64,000 nt of DNA from Marsupella aquatica. Lineage: Eukaryota > Plantae > Marchantiophyta. Below, one piece after another: positions 24,846 through 39,495 of the stretch; position 1 is the first letter of the stretch; each line of letters starts with the position of its first letter. The notes below the pieces were generated by a model. It was not told the DNA's origin and did not search any database. It was given only the letters and a program-made list of their open reading frames with translations. A program made the position numbers and the translations under genes. Where the stretch lies: the NCBI GenBank assembly GCA_973895155.1, contig OZ316899.1, positions 4,405,241-4,469,240 on the forward strand, given 5' to 3'.

Positions 24846-27800
24846 ATCTCAGAACAAATTGAGAAGACTCTATCTACTTTTCACGTAACTAACATAGTTC
24901 TCGCCTCTCAATACCAAAATATGAATTTCACCAGATACTCACAACTGATCTCACATATGCTGCTTGCAGAGAAGCACCAAATCCTCCTACTACATATGCA
25001 AGAACTCAACCACCAGGGAGCGCGGCTCCTCCGCCTAAACCAGAGACTCACCTGGTTGAGTCTACCTATAGATCTAGAGGACGCGGACACGGGAACTTCA
25101 GGGGGAGCAGGGGTCGCCCACTGGGACGAGGATGCTACCAAGTATCAAGTGGCAGAGGGAGAGGTCAAGTGGAATTCCAAGATAATTACCAAGGCAACAA
25201 TTGGAATAGAAAGGGAGGTCGAGGATGGAACCAAGGCAGAGGTTACCCAACATACACCAGAGATAAGTTCTCTCCACCCCCTTGTTTTTGCTGCGGCACG
25301 AAAGGGCATTTACAGAAAGCATGCAGAGCCCCCCAGCACACTTAGTAAAGCTGTATAAAGAGAGCATGAATAGACAAAATCAGGAGGCACAAGGAAATTT
25401 CATGGAAATCCCAGAAAGCATAGAAACATATAGAATCAACCCGGTCATGCCTGAAACACAACTTGCTCACCTAGATATACAGTCGAAACATTCTTCCGAC
25501 CCCTCCAACTGCATAGTAGACAGTGGGACCTCCCACTCAATACTTTTAACCCGTAAATTCTTTGACCAGATTGCCAAGTCCAATAGAGCAATAACCACAA
25601 TTATAGGCCCAAATCATATTGAGAAAGGGAATGGCCCAGCAACTTTTTGATTCCCTCAAGTGACAGTCATCAAAATTGCCTCAGCCATATATGCACCCAA
25701 AGCCACCAGAAACCTGATCAGTGTTAGGGACATAAGAGCAAATGATTTGCACATCTATACCAGTCAAACCGAACAAGGCGAAGTCCTCCATATCATAGAG
25801 AAAACTCCTAGCGGGATGCAAATCCGCGAAACGTTATCAATACACCGACCAGGGCTATACATAACTACCATACAAGCATTACATACAGAAATTGCCATCC
25901 CAAACCTCACAGTGAGATGGCACAATCTCCTAGGCCATCCAGGAACAACAATGTACCATAATATTATTAGAGACATAGTAGGGATCCCACAAGGAGTACA
26001 TCCATCATCATTGAGACAACATTGCCTTGCATGTTCACACGGAAAACTGATTATAAAACCATCTATTTCAAATACACTCAATTCCACAATTCCTTGAACG
26101 ACTTCACGCCGATGTCCGTGGGCCAATAGACCCTCCATCTGGCCCCTTCTGGTTTTTTCTGGCCATTATTGATGCTTCATCAAAATGGTCCCAGGTCTCG
26201 CTCCTCTCCACACGGAACTTGGTGTTTCCTTGTATCCTGTCCCACATTCTGAAATTGAGACAGCAATTCCCTGATAATCCCATTAAAACTATAAGAGTCG
26301 ACAATGTAGGAGAATTTACGTCAAAAACTTTTGACAATTTATGTGAAAAGGCAGGGGTCAATACACAATATTCTGTACCCCGTATACATTTCCAAAATGG
26401 AATAGCAGAATTGTTAATTAAGCGAATACAACTCATAGCGAGACCTCTTCTTATGCAAACTCAACTCCCTATGACTGCCTGGGGGCATGCCATACTTCAT
26501 GCAACAGCATTGCTTCGATATAGACCTTCTGCTTTTAATACACAGACCCCACACTACCTGGCATATGGACTACCACCAAATATTTCTCACCTATGTACAT
26601 TTGGTTGCCTGGTCTTAGTACCAATCTTGGGCCCGAAATGCACCAAGATGGGCCCCCAAAGACAAAGAGGAATATATGTTGGCTTTGACTCACCTTCCAT
26701 TATATGTTTCCTGGAACCATCCACAACGGATGTATTTAAGGCGAGATTTCTTGACTGTGATTTCTTTGAGGACGAATTCCCTAGATTGACCACTGCACAG
26801 ATCACAGAAGATGCCATACAAACATTACAATGGCAGAACACCATTCCAATGGGAAATGACCCACACACTAGACAAGTTGACGAGGAAGTCAGACGCATCA
26901 TTCACCTACATCAATGCTCAAAAAACTACCGGACGCTTTCAATGATGCAGCAGATGTGACATGATCACATACAGAGGCTCCAAATGTACGAGCAAGAATA
27001 CAAGCACCAGGTCAAATCTCGACCGAAGCAGCACCAAGGGCAAAGCGTGGTCACCCCATAGGCTCTTGGGATAGCCAACCTTGCCAGAGAAGGCCCACGG
27101 CTACCCCAACAAATGTATCAAGACCGGTACCATCTATCCAATCTCCTACACAACAAGATGACAATCAGGAAATATCTATAAATTATATGCACACTGGCAA
27201 AATATGGCAAAGAAACATCACTATGATAGATGACATATTTGCATATACAATATCAAAATATATTACCAAAAAAATACCGGATCCTATTACAGTACAAGAA
27301 GCGCAATCAAGAGACGATTGGCCTAAATGGTAAATAGCCATCAATTCTGAATTGGACTCTTTGATCCAGAGAGAGGTATTCGGCCCAATAATACCTGCAC
27401 CACTACACACACCACTTACTGGATATAAGTTTATATTCACAAAGAAAAGAAATGCACAGGGAGAGGTAATAAGATATAAAGTCCGCTTGGTAGCAAAGGG
27501 CTACACTCAAATACCAGGCCGCAACTTTGGTCTTACCTACTCCCCTATAATGGACTCCATTACTTATAGATACATGATAGCATTTGCGCTTACTCATAAA
27601 TTGATGCTTCACATCTTAGATGTGGTCACTGCTTACCTTTATGGAGTACTAGACACCACTATCTATATGAAAGCCCCACTTGAGTTGATCACGAGGATGA
27701 AATTTCATACTCAGGGGGAGCGGGCTATTTGCACATCCCCTGGTCTACAACTTGGGACAACAAGAAAAACTCCTATAGAGTACCATCATATGAATACAAA

Positions 27801-28291
27801 AGAACCTTCAGTGCATCATAAAGAAACTGTGCAACATACATTACCAGATAACTGCAGACCTACAAAGACTTACAACACACTATCTGCTACGCAGACAATA
27901 AGAAAAGCATATGCAGTACAAGTCTTACGCTCTATGTATGGCCTTAAGCAGAGCGGCTGCACATGGTATAAAAGATTTAAAGCAAAAATGTTAGCACTAA
28001 ACTTTGTTAACGATGATATAGCTCCTTGTCTTTTCGTAAAACAAACCGGAACTGAATATATAACTGTCGCTATATATCTAGACGACATCAACATCTTTGG
28101 TATGCCTATTATAGTTAAAGAAACCATAGAAACACTGAAACATATTTTTCAAATGCGGGATCTTGGAGAGCCCAAATACTGTCTTGGACTTCAGTTTGAT
28201 TATGTGCAAGGTGGCATTCTAATCAACCAAACAACATACACGAAGAAGATACTCAAACAATTCAACATGGACTATGCTCATCCGGTGAGTA

Positions 28292-31200
28292 TGTGACGCC
28301 GCCAGCACGGCGGTTAATGATTGATTTGGCCTAGTCGTGCTTAGCACGCCCCATTAGGGGCACCGTAGGCCGTAGTTATTAGCATAATGACACTAAGTAG
28401 GTAGTACTTATGACTAGGGAATCATTAGTTAATAAGGGGCATTTACGTTTGGGATGGCGGCGGAGCGCCATTCGTACTCCCGGGTTACGAGCGTGTAAGG
28501 GGACACTTTGGGTCCGTATAACAAATTCTCAAAGGCAGCTGCTGACACGCTCTGAACCGAACCCGCGAGTGGCCAGTACACTCTGAGCGTGAAAAGCTTA
28601 GCCTATTGGAAGGAAGGAGGGGCCGGTCGGACGATGAGCCCTTAGAGTATAAAAAGAGGGCCATTCTCTTGCATTACACTCACACTCCATTCTGCACGCC
28701 AACTTTGACCTCAACCACTTTGTCCCTCCCTTAGTCGCCCACCGTCACTCCTGGATGTCTGTCACGATATTGTCCAATTCGGCCCTTCAATTTTGGCTGC
28801 AATTCCTATTCGTAGGAAGTCACTTAGCCAAGTCCTTAGCCGAAGTCAACCCACGCCGATACGAGACCGAACGAGCTTACAAGAGAGCCATTCGTTTAGC
28901 CGGCCAAAATCACTATAACCACGACTTTGCCCTCCCTTTTCAGAGTGAGCTTTGCCAAGTCGACAAAATCAGCAAATACTTCTTTGTCAACGAGAAGTAC
29001 GTCGGATTTTGGGAAGCACTTCTTTGGCTTCCGGACAAGGTTTATCATCTCCCGGGCACAATAGACTTGCAGCCACACCATTACGACCATATCCCCGCCC
29101 GGGTTCAAGCCTCCATCGACTGTCAGTTTGGCCCTGCTCAAACAAGTGAGACTCCTATCCTAACATCACTTGACTTCCCCAAGAACTACCTGAATCTCAT
29201 GGCGCCTCCACCAGCCGCAACTGGCACCAACCCATCTATGACCGCACCAACACCGCCTCAGCCTCAGCCAAGTCAATCTCCACCACCGGTAGCACCACCT
29301 CTCCAAGTGCGATCCATGGTAAATGCGGTGAATATTAGCTCCAAAGACGAGGAAGCTCACCCTCCTCTGAATCGACGGCCGTTGGGTACGACTCAACAGG
29401 CGCCAAGCAACCCGACGCCACTCCAGCAAGCCCGAGGGGATAACACGGTGACTCTAGCAAACCCGGCACCAATACTCACAGCAGTAGCACTACCGCCACC
29501 CGACGGGGAGGATGGGGAGATGTCCCCCTCTTCTAGTCACCCCGGGAATCAGTCTCGGGGTAGAAAGAGAAATGAACCCGCAGCTATATCCGGGTTGCCT
29601 TTAGCCATGGTTGCAGTGGCCAAGCTGACCATGCATCGCATGGGGGAGAACATTCACAAGAACATCCTCCACCCCAAGCATGCATGCTACCTGAAGACCC
29701 AAGGGTTTGAGCACCTCGCCTCTCTCCCTTGGAATGGAAGCAAGTACTACGGGCAGGATATGATGGAGTTCATTCAGAACTTCGACGAGGCCCGCCAACA
29801 AACCCGGGCGCACGGGAGAGTGATGTGTCTCAATGAGGCACATTTGAAGATGATTTTCGGCCTACTCGAGGGGATAAACCGGGTAGAGTCTCGAGCTCCT
29901 GGGGGCAAGGGAGCTAAATACCAGTCCTCTAGCTTCCCGACCGAGGGAGCAGTGGACAATGGATTCTTGATAAGGACGTGCCTCATCCCGGAGGTAGCAG
30001 AACACCTGGAGTTCCAGCGGTATGCCCTCCACATGATGGAACCACGGGGTGAAATATCCGCCGCCCAGGTCATACAAATAGAGAACTTTTGGCCTAGGAA
30101 GTGGGCGTCCTTCTTTGTTGAGAAGTTCCACGAGGAGATGTAGCGGAGAAGGAAGACCTTATACCTTGGCGGAAAGGCATACTTTGCAAGCCACATCAAG
30201 ATCATCATCGAGTGGTATGCCCGTTTTGACCGCCAAAGCCTTCCTTGTAGCAACGAGACGGAATTGACTCCGTCAAAGTGGGTGTTCCCGGCTCAGGAGA
30301 GGCAATCGCAGCCTGAAGCCCAAAACCTGGCTGTCGCAAGACCTGCTTCCCCAACCTTGCCACAAGCCGCTACCGCCCCGCCAAGCGTACCCGTGGACGC
30401 AGTTATCGCGACCTGGGAAGCAATCAACCAGGTCAATGCAATCAAAGCGGGCCAGCTGAGGCCAGACCCGAACCCGATACTATAGTGGCCGAGGAAATCC
30501 GGTCACCTCCCACGACTGTGCAGGAGGACCACCCAGCCCCAGTGGAACCAACCCCTTTGATTGACTTACCTCAAAGGTTGGATGTTTCCACTCCTACTCC
30601 CTCGCGGGATGGGGTCTGCTCACGCCCGAATCCAGATGGGCATAGTCTGGATCACCCGAAACTCTTTGCGCTGGGCACATTTCTGAATGGGTTGTTGGGA
30701 GATTTCTCTCAACAAATCACACGGGATACCGGGGAATACATGGCACGGAAGGTGGCCTACTTCTTCAACCAGGAGTTGGTTGCGGCTGTAAAGGCAGGAC
30801 ACGCGCAAGCTGAGACGGCGCAGAGAATAGAGCGGTACTGGGTTGAATCTGTCTACCTGAAGGACAAAGTAGCAGCCCTAGAGACTGAATTCCAGCAACT
30901 GCGACCTCAAGTAACAGCCACGGAGGATCAGGTTGCCGAGGCTAGGGCCCGAGCAGCCTTAGCGGAGCAGGCCGGGCTCGAAAAGGACTCCGAGATTGCA
31001 CAGCTCCGGACCAAGATTGACGGTTTGAAGGGACAAGTCGTCATTTGGCAGAAAGATCTGGAGGAAGCTGACTCTCGGTCTCAATGGGACGCAGCCAAGA
31101 TTGAAACCTTGAAGACAGAGGTGGCGCGGCTTCAAGGAGAAGCCACAAAGCAAGCCTAGTTGGTGGATAAGCTGACGAGCAACGTCCAGCAACTGGAGGA

Positions 31201-32250
31201 GGCATGTCAAGAGGCCGAGGAAGAGACGGACGCGGTGAAGCATGAGAACAAATCTCTGTTGGACCAGGTCCAGCTACTCAAGCAGGATGCCAACAGGCTC
31301 AGGAGGTAGCGGGATAGTTGCTCCCACTCGGTCGGCTCTGGCAAGCGTGCCAGGCATTAGCGGCGGAGTAGGATTAAAATAGAGTTAGGATTAGCTAAAT
31401 CAGGCTATAGGGACAAGCGCCTGCCTAGTTAAAGCGGTGCTGCCATACTGTCCAGCCTGCGTAGATTAGAATCTTCTAATAAGATAAGTCATTTTTCGGC
31501 CTGACAGCCAGCTTAGTTAGGATCTTAGTTAGTGAATATTTGGGCTTGAGGCCACTCCGGTCCTTGGCCCTTGGTATTTAGTGCATCCCTCGGTAGAAGC
31601 AGGGGGGTTTTTAGTCTCAGGGTTGGACATCCGCGATATGTGCGGGGAGTCCTGACCTCTGTGAGTGAAAGAGTACCAAGGGGAGGGGGTAGGACTAAGC
31701 TCGCTGGGCGAGTGCGGAACCGGGCTCCGTTGTAGTGTACATCCTCGGCCTTGGACCTATTCATTCAAGAGCTTTCGGGTCAACTAAGTGTACGTGTATG
31801 TCCCCAATGTAGTAAAATCCTTTCCCATTATTTCCTTCATGTAAATCAAGATTGTATGCTTGTGCGTGTGCATGTGTAAATCTCGTGTATGTGTGCCAAC
31901 GCTTGGCCGAACGCACTACCCGAGCCGTGCACGGGGTGCAGCTTGCGGGTAAGTGGTTGCGAGCACGGGTTGAGTGACCTTATCATCAAATCCGGATTGA
32001 AGGCGGACAACACAAAGGCTTAGAAGCCCGTAAGCCAAGGTTGATCCTGCTATCAACTAAGGTACGTTCCAGCGGCGGAACACAAACCATACCTAGGAGG
32101 TGTCCGTAAATAACAGTAGACGCACTTAGCGCTAGTTTACGTGAGTTAGGTGCATTTCGTGCTTCCCTCCATACCCAAACCCTCATATTTACGAAGGATG
32201 TGCCTATCTAAGCCAAAGCCCGGGTTAAGGCCTAGGCTGACGACGTGACA
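28292..32250 (+). mobile_element. Giant solo LTR, family B (copy B1, 3959 bp), TSD GAGTA, inserted in Copia RT
   Basis: TGTGACG...CGTGACA. GAGTA at 28287-28291 and 32251-32255. Removing it restores RT YAHPVSTPMELR. Confidence 0.95.
28755..31360 (+). pseudogene. LTR-encoded accessory gene, family B (about 870 codons; stops and a frameshift)
   Basis: Colinear and homologous with the A-family ORF from MSVTILS to KRARH. Confidence 0.85.
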
Positions 32251-32468
32251 GAGTACTCCAATGGAACTGAGATTGCTCGATCCTAATAAGGATACCTTCA
32301 AGAAGAGCACAGAAGCAGAGCCAACACTTGGACCGAAAAAGCCATACCTTTCAGCAATCGGGGCTCTAGTGTACCTCGCAAACCAAACACGCCCCAACAT
32401 CTCATTTGCTGTCAATCTTCTAGCAGAGCACAGTTCACAACCAACCAAAAGATATTGGAATGGCATAT

Positions 32469-35400
32469 TGTGATGCCTAGCCAGGAATCACTCGGCCAGT
32501 TAAGTAGGTAAAGCAGGAGTTCACCCTAGAAACACCTTAGTATAGGGACAAAACAAAGAAAATATAAACAATTAGGGGCGACTATGGAACCCGGGCCGAG
32601 GCCGGAGGTAAGGACGCTGGGGGTGAAAACAAGATTAGGGTTAGGGCGCGCTAAGCGTCGGCGGCTAGGAAGGATCAACGGGAGGAAGAACCGGAAGAGG
32701 AGAGAGGTAAGGAGCGCTTGCAGGGAATGGTGGCTCATTTGCGAGCACGAACTAGGCAGACGACTACAGGAGGCCAACTACTGTCAGCTGCTTAGGCAAG
32801 CACTCGGGGAGAGAGTAGATACCGACGATCGACCTAAGGAGGGTATGAGCAACGTCAATCAAGCGGCACATTTCTGGGGATGCCTGTTCGAACGGGCAAC
32901 TGAGTACATCAAGACTTACGAGGACGAAGAATCAGAAAGGGCAGCTCGAGAACGACAGGAGCTTGCTCAATTGTGGGAGTTGCAGAAGACGGCTTTCTTA
33001 GGAGGCGAACTCATCAAGGCCGAGTTCTTGTGGACTCCTACTTCCAATCAGCTCGACAATTTTCTGTTTTGCGAAGATAGAGTCGTCGGCATCCAAGAAG
33101 CCATCAAACGCTGCAACAACATACACTGGGAGTTGAAGGGTAGCACGGAGGGGTGGACAAAGGCAACCGTGCTAGGAGAGACATCCACGGGAGCCGAAAT
33201 GAAGAGGAAGGGAGCCGTCAACGATGAAGCCACCCCGGCAAAAAGAACGAGGTCGGCGGCACCAAAGAAGCCAGCCGAGCAGCCGAGCAGCCGAGCAGCA
33301 GAGCAGGAGGCAGGGAGAAGCCGAAGAGGAGGACGATCCCATCAATGCCATTCCAACCAGGGATGACACCTGGAAGGGCTAGGCGGCAACCCTACCAAAG
33401 GAGGTGCAACTACATTTTGCACGGGAGGAGGATGCATGCTTTACGGCCATGCAGACCAAGAAGTACCAAGGCTTCATGGCCGGATCCGGCTTAGAGGCCT
33501 TTGTAAGATTACCATGGCTGAAGCCGGAGGTGCCGGATTCAGACTTATTAGAATTTGTGGGGTCATGGGAACCCAAGACCAATTCCACGAGGATATATGG
33601 GAAGGATTTCTATCTTACCCCCAAGGTGATTGCCGAAGTGTTTGGCTTGCCGATAGGCAATAAGACCAAAGTTGATACCAGGAAGACCTTGCCTGACAAG
33701 GAGTTCCGGTCGTTCCCCGGGCCATCAACGAAGAATGGCTTCTTCTGGAACACCTGCACCAACCCGCACATAGGAGAGATGATCGACTTCTTGCGGGTGA
33801 CCATGCATTGTAACTTGCCGAGGGCAGAGATCGGCAAGGCACAGGTCTATCTGGCAGAGAGGCCAGACCCAAGCCGGGACTACAACGGGTACCTCCTCAA
33901 CCAATTGAAGAATATCTTAAAGGAGGAGCAGCAGGTAATCGGCATGGGGAGCGTGTTGCGGCTTGGCTATCACATGCCACTGTTGTGCCGGTATGCTAGA
34001 GGTCAGACCTTTGCCCCAGTACTTCCCCTGCAGGTAAGGACACCCGAGGAAGCTCCAGCACCAAGGCCGGTAGCAGAGAAGCCTCAACCACATGTTCGCC
34101 CTACGATTGAGCAGGTGTTTAGGCCAAGGAAGGAAGACTTGCCGATGCAGCAACCAAGCATGCAGAATCTGCTGAAAATGCTGGAGAAGGAAAAGACGGC
34201 ACTGGCACCAGCTTCGGCAGCGGCACCAATACAGGACACTGCCCCAGAGGTCAACCTAAGCAGACTTAGAAGGGAAAACCCCTTTACCGGAAATAAGGAG
34301 AGAATCAGGCCAGAATCCAAGCCGGGTGTTTGAATGTACGTGGGAGTCTCAAGCTCTGAATCTGAGGTAGAATTGCCTGAAGCTCCTACCGGCGAAGACG
34401 AGAGGGAGAAGCCGGAAGTCCAAGGGTTGGAGGAGGCAGTGGAGGACTGCAGCCATGATAACTCCGGCTATGGGTCGGACCATCACGTTCCAGGAGTAAG
34501 GACCTGTGGCCGGTTTATCCCCACACTTCCAAGGGTAGTTCGAGGGAACCCCAACCAGCAGAGTAGCCCCGAGTCTCCCCCACCAGATGTTGCTCCCCCG
34601 AGCTTTGACGGCATAAAGCAGACGGCACAGGAATTCCAGGAGCGACTTAGGGAAGCAGAAAAGGCAGCCCTGGCTAGGGAAAAGGATTTGCCAGGAGGAG
34701 ATTGGCCGGAGGACATCAGGCGGCTAGCCGAAAAAGGAAGCAAACCTCTAGCCACGATTGAAGAGATCCACAAGACGGCTTGGGGGCAGAGGCCGCGATG
34801 GGCGATGCCGATCACTTCTACTTACTCCACCTACGCTAAGAATAGAGCCATGGAGTATGGTGAGATATGTGGGGAACTTGCGCTCGGCATCTTTGGGGAG
34901 GAGTTGGAGGTAGGACCCTTTTTCCATAGGGAGCAGTTGGAGAAGCACCAATTAGAAGAAGCGGTGGCTTTAGAGAGAAGCAAGAAGGACGAGGTCATCC
35001 GGCGGCTTAGGAGGATGGAAGCCGAGATTGAAGATCTAAGGGCGGCCAAGAAAGCCCAAGATGAACTGCGGATTAAGCGGCATGAACTGAACATCATGCA
35101 AGGGCAGTTGGACACCGCGCAGGCTGATAATCAGATTATCAAGGATAAACTGACTCAGACCCAGGAAGAATTGGCCAACGCAATCAACGACAGGGAGAAA
35201 TGGAAGAAGGAGCTGAGAGACGCAGAGGAGGCCCATATAGCAGTCAACAACCGGGTCACGACGGAGACTCAGAGAAGGGAGAGGGCGCTGAAGGAAGAGC
35301 TTGAGGTCATCCGCCGAGCCCTTGAGCAGAAGGAGGCCGAGTTAGGGAAATCCTATCAAGGGATTGTTGCGCTACAGCAGGAGCTTGCGTCCCTGACGGC

Positions 35401-37150
35401 CAGCTTCAAGGCCGACCTGCGGGAGAAGGACGCCCAGCTCGACCAGACTTATGCCAAGATGAATAACATGGAGTCTGAGGTCGTAGCGGAGCTTGACAAG
35501 GAGCTAAGAGCAACCTAGGAGGAGAGGACTACCACCAAGAAGGAATTGGAGGAAGCCCACAGGGAATTGGAGGAAGCCAAAAATGAGCTGGAGGAGGCAC
35601 GTAAGGACCTGGATGAGACCCAGGAGGAGTTGGAAGAAATCACGAGGAAGATGGAGAACCTACAGCGGCGGACCGACAACCAAACAGAGCGGCTGAAGAA
35701 ACAAGCCGCAGTATTTAAATGTTTAGCTGCATCAGGTCCATCTCCAGTTGGGGCAAACCAGTTACCTGGGGTGGTAATTGCCGAAGGACCAGCCGTGACA
35801 CACGGCCCGGTGCCGGACGTTGGCGACAAGGGGAAGGAACCGGCTATGGAGATAGTGAAGAAGAAGAAGCGGAAACCTTCGAGGTCCGGAGGTTATTCGA
35901 CCCCTCAAGCCGTACTCAAACCGGTACCAACCTCCGGCATGAACACGACAATAGATTCCGCTACCACCAAAGGTGGGGATGGCGCGACCCAAGTCGAACT
36001 ACTCAGTAATGAGGCCGGTATCCCAGATCCACCTCTTGAGCAAGCCGGGGAGGCCGTGGCCGATGCTGAGGCCGTAGCCGAGGCTGATGTTGAAGCCGAT
36101 GCCGTTGTCGGGGGTGGACCCAGTCAGGCCGATGGAGAGTTGACTCAGTCAAGGGCAGGTAATCTGTCAGAAAACAAACCTACGGCAGTGGCTGAGGTGG
36201 AAGCGTTGGGGGCGTCCATTGAGGATCCACCACCGGTGTCGTGACGGTGCAAGGGCGCCGTTCCTTTTAGGAAGGGCGGACGTGGAGGGAGGAGGCGTGA
36301 GTGGGCAGGGCGGGCTCAGATCTCTAAGTTTAGGATTAGGATCAGGACCAGGAGGCGGCCCTGACACTTAGCTTAGTGGGATTGCGGTTCCACTGGTAAG
36401 AGCAACACTTGTACTCCTGCCTCGCTGTACATAGGTAGATCCAGTTAGGTAGATTAGGCTTATGCTGCAAAGAATTAGGCGGATCCACTACCAGGATAAG
36501 TACCTGGGCAGCGGGGAGCTCAGGGCCTCTTCTTTAGCAAGTTTTTAGTTTGCACCAGCCGGGCTGGGATCAAGTAGTAAGAGAAGCTCTCGGTTAGTCA
36601 TACAGTGACCCTTGTGTATATTCATATTTCCTCATGCCTAAGAGCTGAATAGAGTTGGCCTCACGGCTTAGTTCGCAGAGCTTGTGTATGAGATGTACTG
36701 TTTGTATGGCAAGTGCATGGTATGACTCAGTCAGAAGGAGTCATTTTGCTATTTGTGTGTCGCATTAACTTGTGTGAAGAGTGCCCACATCAACCAATAG
36801 AGGAAGGAAAGTAAGCAGGGGAGTGAGAGTTGGATGTGTCGAGCTGAGAGAGGTCTTAGCGGCTTAACCAAGCCTATTGGGGATCATTCCGGCGGCGGAA
36901 TCCAAACATACCTAACAAGACGGAGGGGAAGACAAGGGAAGGCCTAGATTAGGCCGGCTACGTATCTCATGACCCGATGAAGGATCTGTCTAGTATATGT
37001 GTGTAAAATATTAATAGTAGTAGTAGAAGGAGGTTAGCAGCGTCCCATGCCGCTAAGCCGCGGAAACGGCCTCGCCAAGCGCGAAACCTGTGGGAATTGG
37101 CTTGCGCTGGGGGGGTTTCTTGGGTTTAGGGAGCCATGGGACGCACCACA
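32469..37150 (+). mobile_element. Giant solo LTR, family D (4682 bp), TSD CATAT, inserted in Copia RT
   Basis: TGTGATGC...GCACCACA imperfect inverted termini. CATAT at 32464-32468 and 37151-37155. Copia RT (WNGI / KQVF.YLQGT) lies on either side. Confidence 0.88.
32584..36244 (+). pseudogene. LTR-encoded accessory gene, family D (about 1150 codons; LPW domain plus long coiled coil)
   Basis: 33404..34333, 34334..35518 and 35546..36244 share one frame separated by single stops. The frameshift from 32584..33366 coincides with an 8-bp CCGAGCAG tandem repeat at about 33276-33300. Confidence 0.8.
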
Positions 37151-39495
37151 CATATAAAGCAAGTTTTTTGATACTTACAGGGAACGGCCAACTTGGGACT
37201 ATTCTTTCCCGACAATGCCAATAACAAACTGACAGGATTTGCTGATGCTGGCTACCTCTTTGACCCCGATGATGCCAAATTGCAAACTGGCTACGTCTTT
37301 CTTCAAGGAAACAGAGCCATATCTGGTGGAGCTCCAAACAAACACTTACAACCACCTCCTCTAATCACGCAAGGATTACTGTGAAAAACTTTAAAATTTT
37401 CAACTTTTTGAGATAAGTAGTGATTCAACTCAAGTTATCTATATTAATTAGGAGCATTAGAGTAGCTAAGCATCCTCAAGTACATCCCTGTAGGTTACTA
37501 AAACTAGTTACTTCTAAAGTCATGTTAAATCGGGAGTCACAATAGACGCTTATGCGCTAATGCGCTCAGACGCATAGACGCTTATGCGCTAATGTGCCCA
37601 GATGCTTATACGCAGCCCACCCTATCGGTAACTGAAAATAGCCGTTGACAACGAGGAAGGGAGAGAGCGACTTACTAGGCCACCTGCTCGCGACCAACAC
37701 TTCCACTTCCTTGTTTTGATACCATACGCCTCAACGACCATACGCTCATACGTAGAGACGCTTATGCGTTGTGGCGCTTCTATGCTTATGCGCGATCACG
37801 CCAATACACCCCAACGTTTTGCAACTTAGAATTCTGTGGCGATAGTGAATCAAACTTCAAGAACCGTAGCTACAACTTGCCATGGCGGGCATGGATGAGA
37901 TAAGTTGCAACTTCCCCGTTCCTAGAGCTGTACCTGTGAAATATCCTGCACTCAAGAGGGATTCAATGTTATTGACTGATGCTCTAGAAGTTATGCACCT
38001 GGGAAAACTTCTATCTATTCCGTGGGCTTTTGTATGCCCAACCTATTTGCGCGAGTTTGCCGATGGATCACAGATACGAGAAGAATTTCAGGATACTGTA
38101 AGGGCAGATCCCGAGAAGTGGAACTTGGAGTTCATTGCAGACGCTTTTAGTTGTCCCTTACAAGGCTGTGGTTTACAATCTGGAAAGAGTACTCTATCCG
38201 ATCCGATGTTTGCTGGAATGAGAAATTCAAAAGCGGGATGGAAGCTTAATAAATGTATTGATTATACCTTCAAGATCATCCTTGAGTTTCTGGTACCAAT
38301 TTTTCATCCCACTCGACCATATATGGTATCTGTATCCTTGGCGAATACGTTTGTTACTTCATGGAAAGGACTTGCTGAAGTTAATTGGAAATTGTTACTG
38401 AGACACACCGTCCTTAGCCAAATCAATGTTGTACAAAATGGAAGGCCTACACACCTCTCAGTTTACCTCAGTCAACTCGACTGGTATGGGGATTGTTTAC
38501 TCCCAGAGGAGAAGGTCGAAAGGATTGCACTATTGGAGGATTTAGATGTGGAACACTCAGAGACTGATTCGAGACCCGATGATCTGAGAATGGAGGAAAC
38601 ATCAAAAGCTGGTCACCAGGAACTATGTCATCTGCTCCGGAACTTATGGATGAGGATATTAATCCTAATATTGAGATTACACCTTACCATACCAATAGTA
38701 GTCCGACCGACCACACTCCTCTTCCTATTATTCTTGCCAGTGAACATAATCATCCAGAGAAATTGATTGATGATGGGAAAACTGTTTTTAACCAGGATAT
38801 AGTAGACAGTTTGTCTAGAATGTTGACTTGTGATCCAGAAGAAATCCTCACTATTGTAGATAAATTAATGACTGCTTCTGTTACTCCATATAGTCTCACT
38901 TCCATTTATTCACCAACCCAGAGTCCTATCCAATCAAATTATCCATCCACTGAAGGACAACCAGAAGCCCCTAGGACTACAGATCACCTTTCTCTGACAG
39001 ACATCCAGATTCCCGATACTATCATGGGATCCCCGATAGATGAGAGATTACCACCGCTAGGAACAGATCTCCAACAAATTGTGAACATCTCGGGGGGGTC
39101 ACTATATGAAGGGTCATACATCACGTGCGACAGTTTGGGTCATTTATGACCCCCCTAAGTCACTTTCTAGAAAGTTGTACGGCACCAATCATGTGATGAC
39201 ACGTATGCATTTTGCAATTAAACAACCCTATATTTCCATAGAAGACTTAATAAGTCTTCCGCCAAAACCATTTAAATGGTCCTATACTTCGTCGCACATG
39301 ATATGCCACTTCCATGGAAGTGAGCCCCCCGAGGTGAACACTTCACCCCGACATTCAGCTGAGTATTACTTTAATCTTGTAGGTGAGATATGCAAGATGT
39401 TGGAGTGTGATCCTGATCATTTGATCGAGGTATTAGATGAGGTTATGTATAGATTATCACAAATTTCAAACCATGACCAGCACTTGGAATACTGT

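Larger units (their letters stand above)
23752..37379 (+). mobile_element. Bianca-lineage Copia retrotransposon, decayed, hosting nested insertions
   Basis: LTR 23752-23914 (TGTTATAA...AACA) and PBS CGTTATCAGCACGA 23915-23928. gag NYLSWSLDVEAHL..IRHHL, protease IVDSGT, WHNLLGHPG, integrase LHADVRGP/IRVDNVGEF, RT YKVRLVAKG/MYGLKQSG/YLDDI. RT resumes at 32256-32468 and 37156-37379 (GFADAGY). Confidence 0.92.
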
